Shown piece after piece: positions 1 to 8,665 of a stretch of 33,106 nucleotides of DNA. The stretch lies in assembly GCA_026645375.1 (NCBI GenBank), contig JAPFFX010000197.1, positions 1-33,106 on the forward strand, given 5' to 3'. Source of the stretch: Citricoccus sp. WCRC_4 (GTDB lineage Bacteria > Actinomycetota > Actinomycetes > Actinomycetales > Micrococcaceae). Below the pieces are notes generated by a model. The model searched no databases and was not told the DNA's origin. It saw only the letters and a list, made by a program, of their open reading frames with translations. The position numbers and the translations under genes were made by a program. Numbering within the stretch: position 1 is the first letter of the stretch; each line of letters starts with the position of its first letter.

Positions 1-789
1 GAGCTGGTCAAGGTCGCCGCGAACGCGTTCCTGGCCACGAAGATCTCCTTCATCAACGCCTTCTCCGAGATCACCGAGACCGTGGGCGGGGACATCGGCA
101 CCCTGGCCGACGCGATCGGCCACGACCCCAGGATCGGCCGGCGCTTCCTCAACGCCGGGGTCGGGTTCGGCGGGGGCTGCCTGCCCAAGGACATCCGCGC
201 CCTGCAGGCCAGGGTCTCCGAGCTCGGCCTGGACCGCACCATGCGCTTCCTGGCCGAGATGGACGACATCAACCTGCGCCGCCGCGACAAGGTCGTGGAC
301 CTGGCCGTCCAGGTCCTCTCCCACTCCCGGGACGGGATCGCCCGCCGGGCGCCCAACGGCGGGGCCGGGCACACCCCGGACCCGGTCTCCGTCCAGGTCC
401 TCAACGGGGCCAGGATCGCGATCCTCGGGGTCACCTTCAAGCCCGACTCCGACGACGTGCGCGACTCCCCCGCCCTGGACGTGGCCAACCGGCTCTACAC
501 CGCCGGGGCCGACGTGGCGGTCTACGACCCGAAGGGCAACGCCAACGCCGCCGCCCGGTTCCCCCGCCTGGACTACGTGGACACCTGCCAGGCCGCCCTC
601 ACCGGAGCCGACCTGGTCATCCTGCTCACCGAATGGGACGAATTCAAGACCCTCGACCCCCACCACGTCGCCACCCTCGTCAACCGCAAGAACATCATCG
701 ACGCCCGCAACGTCCTCGACCCCTGCCCCTGGCAGCACGCCGGCTTCACCCACGCCGCCCTCGGCCACCGCTTCGACCCCGCACAGTGA
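1..789 (+). CDS. ugd: UDP-glucose 6-dehydrogenase (5'-truncated by window edge)
   Basis: Frame 1 is open from base 1: ELVKVAANAFLATKISFIN, GVGFGGGCLPKD (catalytic Cys), GVTFKPDSDDVRDSP, LTEWDEF, IIDARN. Confidence 0.93.
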   Translation, partial: ELVKVAANAFLATKISFINAFSEITETVGGDIGTLADAIGHDPRIGRRFLNAGVGFGGGCLPKDIRALQARVSELGLDRTMRFLAEMDDINLRRRDKVVDLAVQVLSHSRDGIARRAPNGGAGHTPDPVSVQVLNGARIAILGVTFKPDSDDVRDSPALDVANRLYTAGADVAVYDPKGNANAAARFPRLDYVDTCQAALTGADLVILLTEWDEFKTLDPHHVATLVNRKNIIDARNVLDPCPWQHAGFTHAALGHRFDPAQ

Positions 790-832
790 TCCCCGAGCGC
801 TGACCCCCACACAGCCACCCCTGCGCCGCCGG

Positions 833-865
833 CCCGGCTCAGTCACCCCGGCTCAGTCACCCCGG
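833..865. repeat. 14-bp tandem direct repeat (cccggctcagtcac x2 + cccgg) spanning the thiL stop codon
   Basis: 833-846 and 847-860 are identical, followed by a partial copy at 861-865. Confidence 0.85.
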
Positions 866-2049
866 GCGAAATGATCCCAACCGCCCTGGTCCGGATCCTG
901 CCCCGGGCCCTTCCGCGGCCCCTCCGCGGGGCCGACCGCCGCTTCGGCCCCACGACCCTCCCCGCCGCCGTCGGGCACACCCCCGGGCGCCAGCCGGCCG
1001 ACGCGGCGGAAGCCGTGCGGGGGCCGGGCACCCGCCGGCAGGACGGCGAGCAGTCCGTAGTCCTCTCCCCCGGCCGCCACCCAGTCGTGGGCGTCCCGGC
1101 CCAGTGCCCGCGCCAGGGGTTCCAGCACGCCGGCGTCTGACCGCACCCAGTCCGGATCCAGCTCGACGCGACGGCCGTTCACCAGCGCCAACCGGCCGGC
1201 GTCCTTGGCCACGCCGTCCGAGACGTCCATCATCGCCAGGGCCCCGGCATCGGCGGCGCGCCGCCCCGCTCCGAGCACGGGGCGCGGCCGCAACTGGGCC
1301 GCCGCGGCCAGGGCGGCCAGCCGCCGGACCCCGGGATCGGCCCGCCGAAGGCGGTCGAGGAGCTCGTCCCGGGAGGTGTCCAGCACCGCGAGCCCGGCGG
1401 CGGCCCAGCCGGCCCGACCGCACAGTACGAGGTCCACGGGGTCCGACGCGGGCACCTCGGGCGTCATCGTGCGCCGGACCGCGGGACGGCCGCCGAGGTC
1501 TCCGGTGGCCGTGATGGCCAGGGTGATCCGGTCGTCCGAGCCCAGGTCCCCGCCCACGACCCGGCACCGCCGGGCCCCCAGGTGCCTCACGGCGCCGGCG
1601 ATCCCGGCGGCGAGGCCGTCGGTCCAGGACACTCCCGTGGCGTGCGGCATGGTCAGGGCCAGCAGCAGCCCCGTGGCGTCCGCACCCATCGCGTTCATGT
1701 CCGAGAGGTTCTGGGCCGCCGCCTTCCAGCCGATGGAGTACCCCCCGGTGAAACCGTGGGCGTGGTCCCCGGCCCCTGCGCGGGATGCTCCACAGGAGAC
1801 GGCCGGCCAGTCCAGGCGGAAGTCCCGGTCCTGCGCCATGGCGTCGGTGGAGATGACGAACCGTCCGTCCGGAGCGGCCACCACCGCGGCGTCGTCGCCG
1901 GGACCCACCGTGCCCTCGGGCCAGTCCCCCGCGGCCGGCAGGGCGGCGAAGCGTCGGTTCAGGATGCGCAGGATCCCGGCCTCGCCGAGGCCGCCGACGG
2001 TTCGGCCCGGCATGCTGCCCTGCGGCCGCGTCTGCTGACCGGTGCTCAA
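853..2049 (-). CDS. thiL: Thiamine-monophosphate kinase
   Basis: GE..IL, VGPGDDAAVV, STDAM, GWKAAAQNLSDMNAMGA, VVGGD, MMDVSDG, GGEDYGLL, C-terminal GWDHF. Start is either TTG at 2049 (TTGA overlap with the upstream stop) or ATG at 2013. Confidence 0.92.
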   Translation of the reverse strand: MSTGQQTRPQGSMPGRTVGGLGEAGILRILNRRFAALPAAGDWPEGTVGPGDDAAVVAAPDGRFVISTDAMAQDRDFRLDWPAVSCGASRAGAGDHAHGFTGGYSIGWKAAAQNLSDMNAMGADATGLLLALTMPHATGVSWTDGLAAGIAGAVRHLGARRCRVVGGDLGSDDRITLAITATGDLGGRPAVRRTMTPEVPASDPVDLVLCGRAGWAAAGLAVLDTSRDELLDRLRRADPGVRRLAALAAAAQLRPRPVLGAGRRAADAGALAMMDVSDGVAKDAGRLALVNGRRVELDPDWVRSDAGVLEPLARALGRDAHDWVAAGGEDYGLLAVLPAGARPPHGFRRVGRLAPGGVPDGGGEGRGAEAAVGPAEGPRKGPGQDPDQGGWDHFARGD

Positions 2050-3746
2050 TGCCGTCCGCTGGCCGCCGCCAGCGCCTCCCGGAACCGCCCGTAGCGGTTG
2101 ATCTCCTGGCGCACCGGTTCCGCGATCCGCTGGGTGGCGACGTCGGCGATCCCCGCGCGCAGCCGGCGTCGGGCCCGCTGGGCTCGGGACCGGGCACCCA
2201 GGCGCACCAGCGGTGCCGCGAGCAGGGCCAGCAGGATGCCGAAGGCCAGCCCGCCGGCCGCCATCAGGGTGGGGATGGGGAACCCCTCCACGTCCGGGGC
2301 GGGCGGCAGGTCGAACTGGAGGTAGGCGGCCAGGGCCAGGATCCCGAGCCAGGCCAGCCCGGCCACGGCCGCCAGCAGGGCGAGCCACTGCAGGACATTG
2401 ACGAGGTGCCACCACCAGGAGGGGGCGCCGGCCCTGAGGTCGGTGGAGGTGATGGCCTGGTCGAGCTCATCGGGCAGGTGCTCCGCGTGGCTGCGGGCGG
2501 CCCGGCGGATCGAGGACCGCCAGGAGTCCGGTGCACCCTCGCTGGCCGAGTCGGCGAAGGCACGGATCGCCCCGTCCGCCTGGGCCCGCTGGGCAGGGCT
2601 CCGCTCGGGCAGGGACGTGCGGTGCAGACGGGGATCGTCGGCGCCGGCCACGGCCCCCAAGGCGGCACCCTCGCCGCGGCGCAGGCCCAGCCGGCGCAAC
2701 GGGTCCTGGCGCACGCGGGCCATCCAGCGCACCACGGGCCAGCCGGTGCGCCGGCCCCCCTCGAGCCGGTAGGACTGGGCGACGGCCCGGACCACGGTGG
2801 GGGCTCCCGAGGCCTCGGCCAGGGCATCCACGAGCCGGGACTCGGCACCCTTGCCGACGCCGGCCGGCACGCCTCCGGCGTCCTCGGAACCCAGGGCGCG
2901 GGCGGCGGTCCGCACGTCGGACAGCAGTCGTTCGGTGGCGGCCGAGCGCTGGGCGGCCACCTCGGCGATGGCGGTGCGGACGGCGTCGACACCGAAGCCC
3001 GTGGTGGCCGAGGCCGGGTGGACGGGGACGCGGACCAGCCCGTCCCGGGCCAGCAGGTCCTTCAGCGAGGACACGACCCTCTCGACGTCCGGACCGGCGA
3101 GGCGGTCCACCTGGTTGAGCACCACGAGGGTGACGGCCCGGTGTGCGGCCAGGGGTTCGAGGAACTCCCGGTGCAGCGCGGCGTCGGCGTACTTCTGCGG
3201 ATCCACCACCCAGACCAGCACGTCCACCTGGCCCACGAGCCGCTGGACGGTCCTGCGGTGCCCGGCCGCGATCGAGTCGAAGTCCGGCAGGTCGAGGAGG
3301 ATCAGCCCACCCGACTCCCGCCGCCTTCCCCACCACGTGGTCAGGTCGGTCCCGGCGGCCGGCCCGTCCAGGACGTGGCGCTGGTTCACCTCGAGCCAGT
3401 CGAGCAGCGGTCCGGCACCCTCGGCACCCCACACCGCGGCCATCGGCTCCGAGGTGGTCGGCCGGGTGGCCGCGGCCCGGGCCAGGGGGTGGCCCGTGAC
3501 GGCATTGAACAGGCTGGACTTGCCCGAGCCGGTGGCGCCGAAGAAGCCGACGACCGTGTGGTCCGCGGAGAGCCGGCGGCGCTGGCCGGCGTGGTCCACC
3601 ACCTGGCGGGCAGCCGCGAGCGCCTGGTCGGGCAGCCGACCCTCCCCCAGGTCCGTGGCCGTTCCCAGCGCGGCCAGCTTGCGGTCCAGGGGTGTTCCGT
3701 CCCGGGGCCCCGGTGCGCCTCGGAGGTCCTGTCCGTCCCGGCTCAT
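2046..3746 (-). CDS. Dynamin-like P-loop GTPase with two predicted C-terminal TM helices (DynB/YfjP-like, second of a pair)
   Basis: G1 GATGSGKSS, G2 RPTT, G3 DLPD, VDPQKYAD, G4-like NQVD; hydrophobic segments WLALLAAVAGLAWLGILALAAYL and LMAAGGLAFGILLALLAAPLV; ATGA overlap with the upstream gene. Confidence 0.85.
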   Translation of the reverse strand: MSRDGQDLRGAPGPRDGTPLDRKLAALGTATDLGEGRLPDQALAAARQVVDHAGQRRRLSADHTVVGFFGATGSGKSSLFNAVTGHPLARAAATRPTTSEPMAAVWGAEGAGPLLDWLEVNQRHVLDGPAAGTDLTTWWGRRRESGGLILLDLPDFDSIAAGHRRTVQRLVGQVDVLVWVVDPQKYADAALHREFLEPLAAHRAVTLVVLNQVDRLAGPDVERVVSSLKDLLARDGLVRVPVHPASATTGFGVDAVRTAIAEVAAQRSAATERLLSDVRTAARALGSEDAGGVPAGVGKGAESRLVDALAEASGAPTVVRAVAQSYRLEGGRRTGWPVVRWMARVRQDPLRRLGLRRGEGAALGAVAGADDPRLHRTSLPERSPAQRAQADGAIRAFADSASEGAPDSWRSSIRRAARSHAEHLPDELDQAITSTDLRAGAPSWWWHLVNVLQWLALLAAVAGLAWLGILALAAYLQFDLPPAPDVEGFPIPTLMAAGGLAFGILLALLAAPLVRLGARSRAQRARRRLRAGIADVATQRIAEPVRQEINRYGRFREALAAASGRH

Positions 3747-5659
3747 GCCCCGGTCCTCCCGGTCACGGAGGCGCCCGAGTCACCGAGCCGGCGCAGTCCG
3801 GGGACCAGCCCCCGCAGCTGCCCCGTCTCCTCTTCCTCGCGGACCTCGTCCAGCAGGATGGTGAAGCGCCGGGCGTCCCGGACCAGCAGGTCGCTGACCC
3901 GCTGCGTCAGGTTCTGCTGTGAGCGCCGCGCCAGACGGCGCACGGCGTCCTCACCGAAGATCGACTCCAGCAGCTTCTGGGCCACCACGGCGGTGCCGCC
4001 GGCGATCCCGACCTCGATGCCGAGCAGCCCTCCGGTGGAGGCGAAGGACACGATCATCAGGGTCACCGCCACTCCGTTCACGCCCAGGGCGGTCACGCGG
4101 GCCATGGTGCGCTTGCCCGCCCCCTCGTCCTCGATGAGCCGGATCAGGTCCTGCTGCCAACCGCGGATCTCGGCGGCGGCCCGGTCCGGGAAGTCCTCCG
4201 GTACCCGGGACAGGTCCCGGCCCTCGAGCAGGCCCCGGCCGGCGGCGTCCTGGCGCCAGCGGTCCTCGGACTCCTCCGCGGCGGCGGCCACCTGTTCCAC
4301 GAGCACGGCGTGCAGTCCGGTCTCGATGGCTGTCTCGACCTCCTCGGCCGGCGCGGGCCGGCCGGTGAGGAAGGCGGTGATCCGGTCCCTCAGCCGCCCG
4401 ATGCCGGACTCCAGTGACCGGAAGAATTCGCCCGTGCCCACGAAGTCCTGCCAGCGGCTGAGCACCTCACCGCGCAGCAGGGTGCCGTCGTGGGTGGCGG
4501 CCAGCACCCCCTCCCGGGCCTCTCCGTAGGCCGATTCGACGACCCCGGTCAGTCGTGCGGCCGCCTGGCGCTGGTCGTCCTCGGCCCGGGCGATGCCCTC
4601 GGCCTTGTCCGCGAGCTGCCGGACCACCCCGTTGAGGGTACGGCGGGCCACCTCGGACCGGGAGCCGGCGTCATGGGCGATGGTGGCCAGCCACTGCTGG
4701 AGCGGGGCCACGGTACCGGCCGGCAGCATGCCGTCCGGGTCCAGTGGCGATTCGGTGACGACGAACAGCTCGGCCCCGCCCAGACCACGCCGGCCCAGCA
4801 GCGCGGACAGGTCGGCGGCCACCTCGTCCTCGACTCCGGACGGCACCCGGTCCAGGACGACGGCGACGGTGATGTCCCGGGCGGCAGCGTCCAGCAGCAG
4901 CTCCCACGGCACGGCGTCGGCGTAGCGGTTGGCGGTGGTGACGAAGATCCACAGGTCCGCCGCCGAGAGCAATTGGGCGGCCAGCCGTCGGTTCTCGTCG
5001 GCGATCGAATCGATGTCCGGGGCGTCCAACAGGGCCAGTCCATGGGGCAGCTGCGGTTCGGCGACCATCGCGAGGGTGTCCGTGGCGCGGGGGTCCGGGT
5101 CCACGCCGGCCCGCTCCGCCGGCAGGTGCGCGCCGGGATCGGCGCGGTGGCCGATGGTGCGGGAGAGGCCGGGCAGCACTCGGGCGGTGGTGAACCACTC
5201 CACGTCGTCCGGGTGGTGCAGCAGGATCGGCTGCCGCGTGGTGGGGCGGATGGCCCCGGCGCGGGTGACGGGGTGGCCCACCAGGGCATTGACCAGGGTT
5301 GACTTCCCGGCCCCGGTGGATCCCCCGACGACGGCCAGCAGCGGGGCGTCGAGGCTGCGGTAGCGCGGCAGGACGTAGTCGTCGAGCTGGCCGACGGCGG
5401 CCCGGCGGACGCCCTCCGTGTCCGCGGCCCCGTCGATGGCCAGCGGGAGGCGGGCTGCCTCCAGTTCCGTCCGGAGCCGGCCGAGGAGGTCCACGGCCTC
5501 GGCCGCGATCCGGGGGGCCGCGTCCAGGGGACCGGGCGCCGCGGGGACCGATGCCTCCGCCGCGGCCGATGCGTCCGGCGGGCCTCCGCCCGGGGATCCG
5601 GCCAGTGGCTCGTCCGGGGAGCCGGCGTCGGGGGCTCCTGACGGGAAGGGTGTGCTCAC
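3743..5659 (-). CDS. Dynamin-like P-loop GTPase (DynA-like, first of a pair)
   Basis: G1 GGSTGAGKST, G2 RPTT, G3 DAPDIDS, FVTTANRYAD, helical stalk, hydrophobic C-terminal segment ALGVNGVAVTLMIVSF. Start placed at GTG 5659 because the ORF-track extension to 6094 runs over two tRNAs. Confidence 0.85.
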   Translation of the reverse strand: MSTPFPSGAPDAGSPDEPLAGSPGGGPPDASAAAEASVPAAPGPLDAAPRIAAEAVDLLGRLRTELEAARLPLAIDGAADTEGVRRAAVGQLDDYVLPRYRSLDAPLLAVVGGSTGAGKSTLVNALVGHPVTRAGAIRPTTRQPILLHHPDDVEWFTTARVLPGLSRTIGHRADPGAHLPAERAGVDPDPRATDTLAMVAEPQLPHGLALLDAPDIDSIADENRRLAAQLLSAADLWIFVTTANRYADAVPWELLLDAAARDITVAVVLDRVPSGVEDEVAADLSALLGRRGLGGAELFVVTESPLDPDGMLPAGTVAPLQQWLATIAHDAGSRSEVARRTLNGVVRQLADKAEGIARAEDDQRQAAARLTGVVESAYGEAREGVLAATHDGTLLRGEVLSRWQDFVGTGEFFRSLESGIGRLRDRITAFLTGRPAPAEEVETAIETGLHAVLVEQVAAAAEESEDRWRQDAAGRGLLEGRDLSRVPEDFPDRAAAEIRGWQQDLIRLIEDEGAGKRTMARVTALGVNGVAVTLMIVSFASTGGLLGIEVGIAGGTAVVAQKLLESIFGEDAVRRLARRSQQNLTQRVSDLLVRDARRFTILLDEVREEEETGQLRGLVPGLRRLGDSGASVTGRTGA

Positions 5660-5702
5660 CACCCCATCATGACACCCGGGGCGATGGTGCCGGGGAACAC
5701 AA

Positions 5703-5730
5703 GAGGCCCGGTCCTGGTGGACCGGGCCTC
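5703..5730 (-). terminator. Intrinsic terminator of the tRNA-Gln/Glu operon
   Basis: 12-bp perfect stem gaggcccggtcc/ggaccgggcctc with 4-nt loop, followed on the minus strand by ttgtgtt. Confidence 0.8.
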
Positions 5731-5737
5731 GTGCTCG

Positions 5738-5813
5738 TGGTGACCCCAGCGGGATTCGAACCCGCGTTACCGCCGTGAGAGGGCGGCGTACTAGGCCGCT
5801 ATACGATGGGGCC
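5738..5813 (-). tRNA. tRNA-Glu (CTC), CCA encoded
   Basis: GGCCCCATCGTATAGCGGCCTAGTACGCCGCCCTCTCACGGCGGTAACGCGGGTTCGAATCCCGCTGGGGTCACCA forms a cloverleaf. Confidence 0.96.
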
Positions 5814-5915
5814 GTCACCGTTGTCCGTCGAGTCCCGCCTGACTGGGCGTTCCTCTCCGGGCAACCCCAGAAGTATTTCATACTCTGGGGGCTTTCACCA
5901 AATCGGTGAAATCCG

Positions 5916-5987
5916 CTGGGGTACCAGGACTCGAACCTAGAATGACGGTACCAGAAACCGTTGTGTTGCCAATTACACCATACCCCA
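5916..5987 (-). tRNA. tRNA-Gln (CTG), CCA not encoded
   Basis: TGGGGTATGGTGTAATTGGCAACACAACGGTTTCTGGTACCGTCATTCTAGGTTCGAGTCCTGGTACCCCAG; U1-A72 pair typical of Gln. Confidence 0.96.
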
Positions 5988-6065
5988 ATGGCTGTCAAGT
6001 GAATGATCCGGTCTCCCGGGATTCCCTTGGGCCATCCGCACCAGGTCTCCCTGGCACGGGTGTTT

Positions 6066-6094
6066 ACTATACCGGCGATCGGCGCCGATGACAA
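6066..6094 (-). promoter_or_regulatory. Housekeeping sigma promoter of the tRNA-Gln/Glu operon
   Basis: TTGTCA (-35, 6094-6089), 17-nt spacer, TATAGT (-10, 6071-6066). Confidence 0.75.
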
Positions 6095-6136
6095 AACGGC
6101 GCCGGGGTGGCCTCCGTCACCCCTGCCGGCCCCGGG

Positions 6137-7699
6137 CTACCCGGCGTCCGTGGTGCCGGCGGCCTGCTCGGCGGCGAACCGGTCCAGGCGTGCCAGGGCG
6201 GAGTCCCGGCCCAGGATCTCGAGGGACTCGAACAGGGGCGGCGAGACCTTCTTCCCGGACACGGCGGTACGCACCGGCCCGAAGGCCTGGCGCGGCTTGA
6301 GGCCGAGCCCGTCGATCAGCTCGCGCCGCAGGGCGGCCTCGATGGCCTCGGTCCTCCAGTCACCGTCCTCGATCCCGGCCAGTCCGCGTCGCGCGGCGGC
6401 CAGGGCGCCGGCCAGGTCGGCGGGCATGCCCTTGAGGGCACCGTCCGCCGTCCTGATCTCGGCGTCGGGCTGGAAGAGGAAGGCCAGCATGTCCACGGCC
6501 TCGCCCAGCAGGGCCACGCGCTCCTGCACCAGCGGGGCAGCGGCGTCGAGGACCTGGCCCTCGCGCGGAGTGAGCGGATCGGACACGAGGCCGGCCTGCT
6601 GCAGGTAGGGCACCAACCGGTCGCGGAAGTCCTGGCCGTCCAGCATCCGGACGTGGGTCCCGTTGATCGCGGTGGCCTTCTTCTCGTCGAAGCGCGCCGG
6701 GTTGGCCAGCACGTCGTGCACGTCGAAGTGCTGAACGAACTGCTCGCGGGTGAAGATGTCCTCGTCCGCCGAGAGCGACCAGCCCAGCAACGCCAGGTAG
6801 TTGACCAGGCCCTCGGGGATGAAACCGTGCTCGCGGTGCAGGAACAGGTTGGACTGCGGATCCCGCTTGGACAGCTTCTTGTTGCCCTCCCCCATCACGT
6901 ACGGCAGGTGGCCGAACTCGGGCATGTACCTCGCCACCCCGATGGCGTGCAGGGCCCGGTAGAGCGCGATCTGCCGCGGCGTGGAGGACAGCAGGTCCTC
7001 GCCGCGCAGCACGTGCGTGATCTCCATCAGGGCATCGTCCAGGGGGTTGACCAGGGTGTACAGCGGGGAACCGTCCGGGCGCACCACCACGAAGTCCGGC
7101 ACCGAGCCGGCCTGGAAGGTGATCTCACCGCGCACCGTGTCCGTGAAGGTGATGTCCTCGTCCGGCATGCGCAGGCGCAGCGCGGGCCGGCGAGCCTCGG
7201 CGCGGAACGCCGCCACCTGCTCGGGGGTCAGGTCACGGTCATAACCGTCGTAGCCGAGCTTGGGGTCCCGGCCCGCGGCACGGTGGCGGGCCTCGATCTC
7301 CTCCGGCGAGGAGAAGCTCTCGTAGATGTACCCGGCATCCTTGAGCCGGGCGATCACGTCCTGGTAGATCTGGCCGCGCTGGGACTGGCGGTAGGGCGCA
7401 TGCGGACCGCCGACCTCCACGCCCTCGTCCCAGTCGATGCCGAGCCAGGACATGGCCTCCAACAGCTGCTGGTAGCTCTCCTCGGAGTCCCGCTTGGCGT
7501 CGGTGTCCTCGATGCGGAACACCATGGTGCCACCGGTGTGACGGGCCCAGCCCCAGTTGAACAGGGCCGTCCGGATCAGCCCGACGTGCGGGGTACCGGT
7601 CGGTGAGGGGCAGAACCGGACCCGGACGGGGGCATCTGCGGGGACGGCGGGGATGTCTGTGGGGGCGGCAAGGGGCGCGCTGGGAACGGACTCAGTCAT
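6137..7699 (-). CDS. gltX: Glutamate--tRNA ligase
   Basis: [16 protein letters not shown] (HIGH), [29 protein letters not shown] (KMSKS), SPPLFES. Confidence 0.97.
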   Translation of the reverse strand: MTESVPSAPLAAPTDIPAVPADAPVRVRFCPSPTGTPHVGLIRTALFNWGWARHTGGTMVFRIEDTDAKRDSEESYQQLLEAMSWLGIDWDEGVEVGGPHAPYRQSQRGQIYQDVIARLKDAGYIYESFSSPEEIEARHRAAGRDPKLGYDGYDRDLTPEQVAAFRAEARRPALRLRMPDEDITFTDTVRGEITFQAGSVPDFVVVRPDGSPLYTLVNPLDDALMEITHVLRGEDLLSSTPRQIALYRALHAIGVARYMPEFGHLPYVMGEGNKKLSKRDPQSNLFLHREHGFIPEGLVNYLALLGWSLSADEDIFTREQFVQHFDVHDVLANPARFDEKKATAINGTHVRMLDGQDFRDRLVPYLQQAGLVSDPLTPREGQVLDAAAPLVQERVALLGEAVDMLAFLFQPDAEIRTADGALKGMPADLAGALAAARRGLAGIEDGDWRTEAIEAALRRELIDGLGLKPRQAFGPVRTAVSGKKVSPPLFESLEILGRDSALARLDRFAAEQAAGTTDAG

Positions 7700-7782
7700 G
7701 ATGGCGCAAGTCTAGCGGCGCGCCTGTCCGGCGCGGTCTCCCCCGCCCCGCCCCGGCCTCCGTGTCCGCCCCGCCGCGGAGG

Positions 7783-8577
7783 TCAGCGCCGGTAGACGGT
7801 GGCGAGGGTGCCGATGCCCTCGATCGTCGCCTCGGTGCGCTGGCCAGCCTCGACGGTCCCCACGCCGGCCGGTGTGCCGGTGAGGATGACGTCGCCGGGC
7901 AGCAGGGTGAAGGCCTCCGAGACGGCGGCGACGATCTCCCGGACGCCGAACACCATGTCCGCCGTGGTGCCGTCCTGCACCGTCCGTCCGTCCAGGTCCA
8001 TGGTGATCCGCAGGTCCTCGGTCTGCGAGCTCGTCAGGCCCGTCTCGATCCACGGGCCCAGCGGGCAGGCACCGTCGAACCCCTTGGCCCGTGCCCACTG
8101 CAGGTCGGACTTCTGCGCGTCCCGCGCGGTGAGGTCGTTGGCCACCGTGTAGCCGAACACCACGTCGTCCACGCGGTCGACCGGGACGTCCTTGCAGATC
8201 GTGCCGATGACCACGGCAAGCTCCGCCTCGTAGGAGACCTGCTCGGACCATGAGGGCAGGGTCACCGGTTCGCCCGGGCCGACGACGGAGGTGTTGGGCT
8301 TGAGGAAGAACTGCACCCGGTCCGGGACGGCGTTGCCCAGTTCGGCGGCGTGGTCCGCCCAGTTGCGTCCCACGCCCACCACCTTGGAGCGCGGGATGAT
8401 CGGGGCCACGAGCCGCACGTCCTCGAGTCGATGCGTGCTGGAGGTCGGCTGGATGCCCTGGAAGAAGGGGTCACCGTGCAGCTCGGTCACGGTGAGCTCC
8501 GCGGCGGGGGCATCCGGCTCCCCCTCGACGATTCCGTACAGGGGCTCGGCAGTGGCGACGAAACGGGCGATACGCAT
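7783..8577 (-). CDS. Fumarylacetoacetate hydrolase family protein
   Basis: MRIARF start, SKVVGVGRNW..H, FFLKPNTS, YEAELAVVIG, GYTVANDLTARD, AKGFD, PGDVILTGTPAGVG; usual neighbour of gltX in Actinobacteria. Confidence 0.92.
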   Translation of the reverse strand: MRIARFVATAEPLYGIVEGEPDAPAAELTVTELHGDPFFQGIQPTSSTHRLEDVRLVAPIIPRSKVVGVGRNWADHAAELGNAVPDRVQFFLKPNTSVVGPGEPVTLPSWSEQVSYEAELAVVIGTICKDVPVDRVDDVVFGYTVANDLTARDAQKSDLQWARAKGFDGACPLGPWIETGLTSSQTEDLRITMDLDGRTVQDGTTADMVFGVREIVAAVSEAFTLLPGDVILTGTPAGVGTVEAGQRTEATIEGIGTLATVYRR

Positions 8578-8665
8578 GGACACCACCCTAATGGCCGCGG
8601 GACACGGGTCCCCTCTCGGTCCGTGTCCGGCGTCGACGGCCTCGCGAGTGCCGGCCCGGCCGGGG

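Noticed and set aside
5660-6094. N-terminal extension of the 783-aa ORF 3743-6094
   Set aside because: It runs through two tRNA genes, their promoter and their terminator. The real start is near 5659.
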